Under the pieces are notes generated by a model. The model made no database searches. It saw only the letters and a list, made by a program, of their open reading frames with translations, and had not been told where the DNA came from. A DNA stretch of 64,000 bases from Chrysomallon squamiferum (taxonomy: Eukaryota > Animalia > Mollusca): the NCBI GenBank assembly GCA_012295275.1, contig CM022672.1:6324001-6388000 (forward strand). Direction: 5' to 3'. Positions within the stretch are counted from its first letter, which is position 1. Each line of letters begins with the position of its first letter. Shown piece by piece: positions 61,401 to 64,000 of the stretch. The position numbers and the translations under genes were made by a program.

Positions 61401-62111
61401 ACTAGGTTCAGCTATCACTGGGTGAATTTGAAAGACGTAGATTATCATACATTTTAAATACATTCGTGTTAAATAGAACTGAATGATACACTATGTAGAT
61501 ATCATCAGTAACATACCACAGACAATTTTTAACAGACTTTATAAAAGCAGAGATTTTTAACGTGGCAGAAGCCAGCTTTTTTAAACAGATTCAAAAAAAA
61601 TAAAAATATAATAAAAAAATATAACACTCTGTTGTTTCTGAGTGAGTTATTTTGAGACTGCTGTGGCATTTGATGTCTAGAGATAAGAGAAACATGCTGT
61701 GCTCCGGGTTAAAACCATTTCCATTGTCTTTCCCTTTTATAAATGACAAAGAACCTTAAAGGCTTGAACCAGAATGGTATAACACAGAGACATAAATGAA
61801 ATACAGGCAGTGTTAAAGGAGTGTATGCGTTGGTTTTCATTGTGGACAGTTCGATAGATGTGAGCATGTGTGTATGTATGGATGTGTATATGGTGTGTAT
61901 ATGTGTTGTGTATGTGGTATGTATGCGTGTGTGTGTGTGTGGTATGTAGATATCTATGTGTATTTTTGGAGTAGTTTTGAGTGTGTGTGTGTAAATGTTT
62001 ATCTATGTATGTAAATATTATTGAGCATGTGTATATTATGTATATGTATATGTATTTGTGAATATATTTGTGTACGTGGTAATGTTAGTGTATAATTATA
62101 CATATAACTTA

Positions 62112-62143
<32 letters not shown>

Positions 62144-62639
62144 CTGTCAATGTGTCTCTCTCACTCTGTTTTTTTGAGACTGTATAGTTAAGTGTCTGTT
62201 TGTATATATATATAAGTATCATGTATATTCGTATGTCTGAATTTATTTAACAGGGTGTGTATTACACATGGGTGTAAGTAGGCATATTTTTATATGTTAG
62301 TATATTCTGTATGTATATATTTAATGAGAACGAGTTTGTGTGTTTGTGAATCTAATAATGTACATTTTAATAAATATGTACTTGAGTACCAAACCTAGTC
62401 TGTCTACGTTCTGTATAGGTATACGGTTTGAAAGGAAATAGAGTGAACTGACAGCCAGCCTGGTTTAATCCCAAATAAATAAGACATGAGTGTAGATCAC
62501 CAAAAGATCCATCAGTGCAAGGATGTCAAGAGAGTCAGGGATGGTCTAAACTATGTCCATTTTACATTTAACTGTACCTGTGAACATTCCTGTGAATATT
62601 ATTTTTGTATCTATTTATCTATATCTGTTCAACTGTGAA

Positions 62640-62673
<34 letters not shown>

Positions 62674-62772
62674 ATTTATATATATATATATATATATAAT
62701 TTCTACATAAGGTATCAAAAAACACCCGAATGCATTCTAAGCTATTTAAATACATACACAAGCCATAAGCGC

Positions 62773-62826
<54 letters not shown>

Positions 62827-63516
62827 TGTTTGCTGTTGATTAGGACTACATTAAACAAAAATTATTGAAAATAATTCTTCCATTTTTAATTCTAAGACTC
62901 ACTCTTCTGTGACATTTAAAAATACTGAAGAAAATTTAAAATCTCATAAAAGCATAAATATTTTATCCAGTTCAACACAGCTGTTCGACGAATTAACATC
63001 TGTGGATGGAAGACAGCCCTTTAAAAAAATGGTGACATTTTCTTATGTATATTTTATTAGTTTTTATGTCGCCTCTGACATTTGTAACTACTTTCTATCC
63101 TTTATCTGTGTTTCTGTCGTCGGAATAAATGTCAGCCTGTTTTGTATTTAAAATCAAATAATAATAACAATAATAACAACATGAAGAAGAAGAAGAAGAA
63201 TAAGAATTTTATAAAAATGTAGAAAGATGTTGAAAATGAAGATATCAGAGAGAGAGAGTGATTGAGAAGGAGCTGATGAAAAAAGTAAAAAGATAAGAAA
63301 GTGTTGATGGCAGCAGGAAATGAAGCAGGAAAAGACAGAGAAAGACAAACAGACACACACATAGTTAGGTACATAAATAACTGATGGACAGAGATATGTG
63401 TATGGATTTAGACTGGCAGACAAACAGAGAGTCAGAGCGTCAGACAGATAGATAAACAGATATACAGACAGACGGACATAAATAGACTGATAAATAGATA
63501 TAGATAGAAATAGATG

Positions 63517-63560
<44 letters not shown>

Positions 63561-64000
63561 TAGATAGAAATAGATAGAAATAGATAGATACATACATAGA
63601 TAGATAGATACACAGATAGATAGATAAATGGATTAAACAGACCGGAGAATAAAGAGAGAAACAGACAGAAAGAAAGAGCGATAGCAAGAGAGAGAGAGAA
63701 AAAGAGAAAGAAAACAAATCAAAACAAAGAAAGAACAAGAGCAAGAAATATTGAGAGACAAACAAATTCTCAAATAATAACAAGGAAGCCTTAGCCACTA
63801 ATTAGGTACTACGAAATGACGTCAATATTTGTGGAGTATCTGCACAAGATGTTTTTGTTTTCTTGGATTCCGGGGCTTTAGGAAATCTGCGGCGAAAATT
63901 TGAAATAAATCTTAGTACTAGAAGAGGCATAATCCCCTTGTGCGAGAGACAATATGAGTGTACTGATAATGTCCAGAAAGCCGTGAGACAATGTTCTTTA

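Overview
AT-rich, intron-rich, microsatellite-rich animal genomic DNA. It is probably a lophotrochozoan/mollusc; this is inferred from composition and repeat style, not proven. Three genes can be built by hand from splice signals and reading-frame phases. (1) The 5' ~63% of an alpha-spectrin gene on the minus strand: 33 constitutive coding exons (21809->276, 1531 codons, SH3 included) running off the left edge, with a probable non-coding exon 1 near 27.2 kb. (2) A divergently oriented two-exon TREX1/TREX2-family DEDDh 3'-5' exonuclease (29126-31409, 586 aa) with a ~320-aa disordered insertion. (3) An unrecognised ~178-aa single-pass membrane protein on the minus strand (56720->38658) with adaptor-like motifs. 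The most notable hidden structure: each of the two unusually long coding introns of alpha-spectrin hides an in-frame phase-0 cassette, a 15-nt microexon (LTQRQ) and an 18/75-nt dual-donor exon (MFSSEI / MFSSEIVSHYGITSLPGEEEEDEDE). In addition, the region 5' of the spectrin start-codon exon (probable intron 1) carries a complex template-switch-type rearrangement. It comprises a 1.1-kb direct duplication, an internally deleted TREX pseudogene antisense to spectrin, and an inverted copy of the spectrin acceptor and AUG later hit by a Tigger MITE. Also present are Tigger/pogo remnants, old SINE/LINE fragments, a minisatellite grading into a 70-bp higher-order repeat, and a visible CpG-depleted/CpG-retaining boundary near 33.7 kb. 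No CRISPR, rRNA or tRNA genes were seen.
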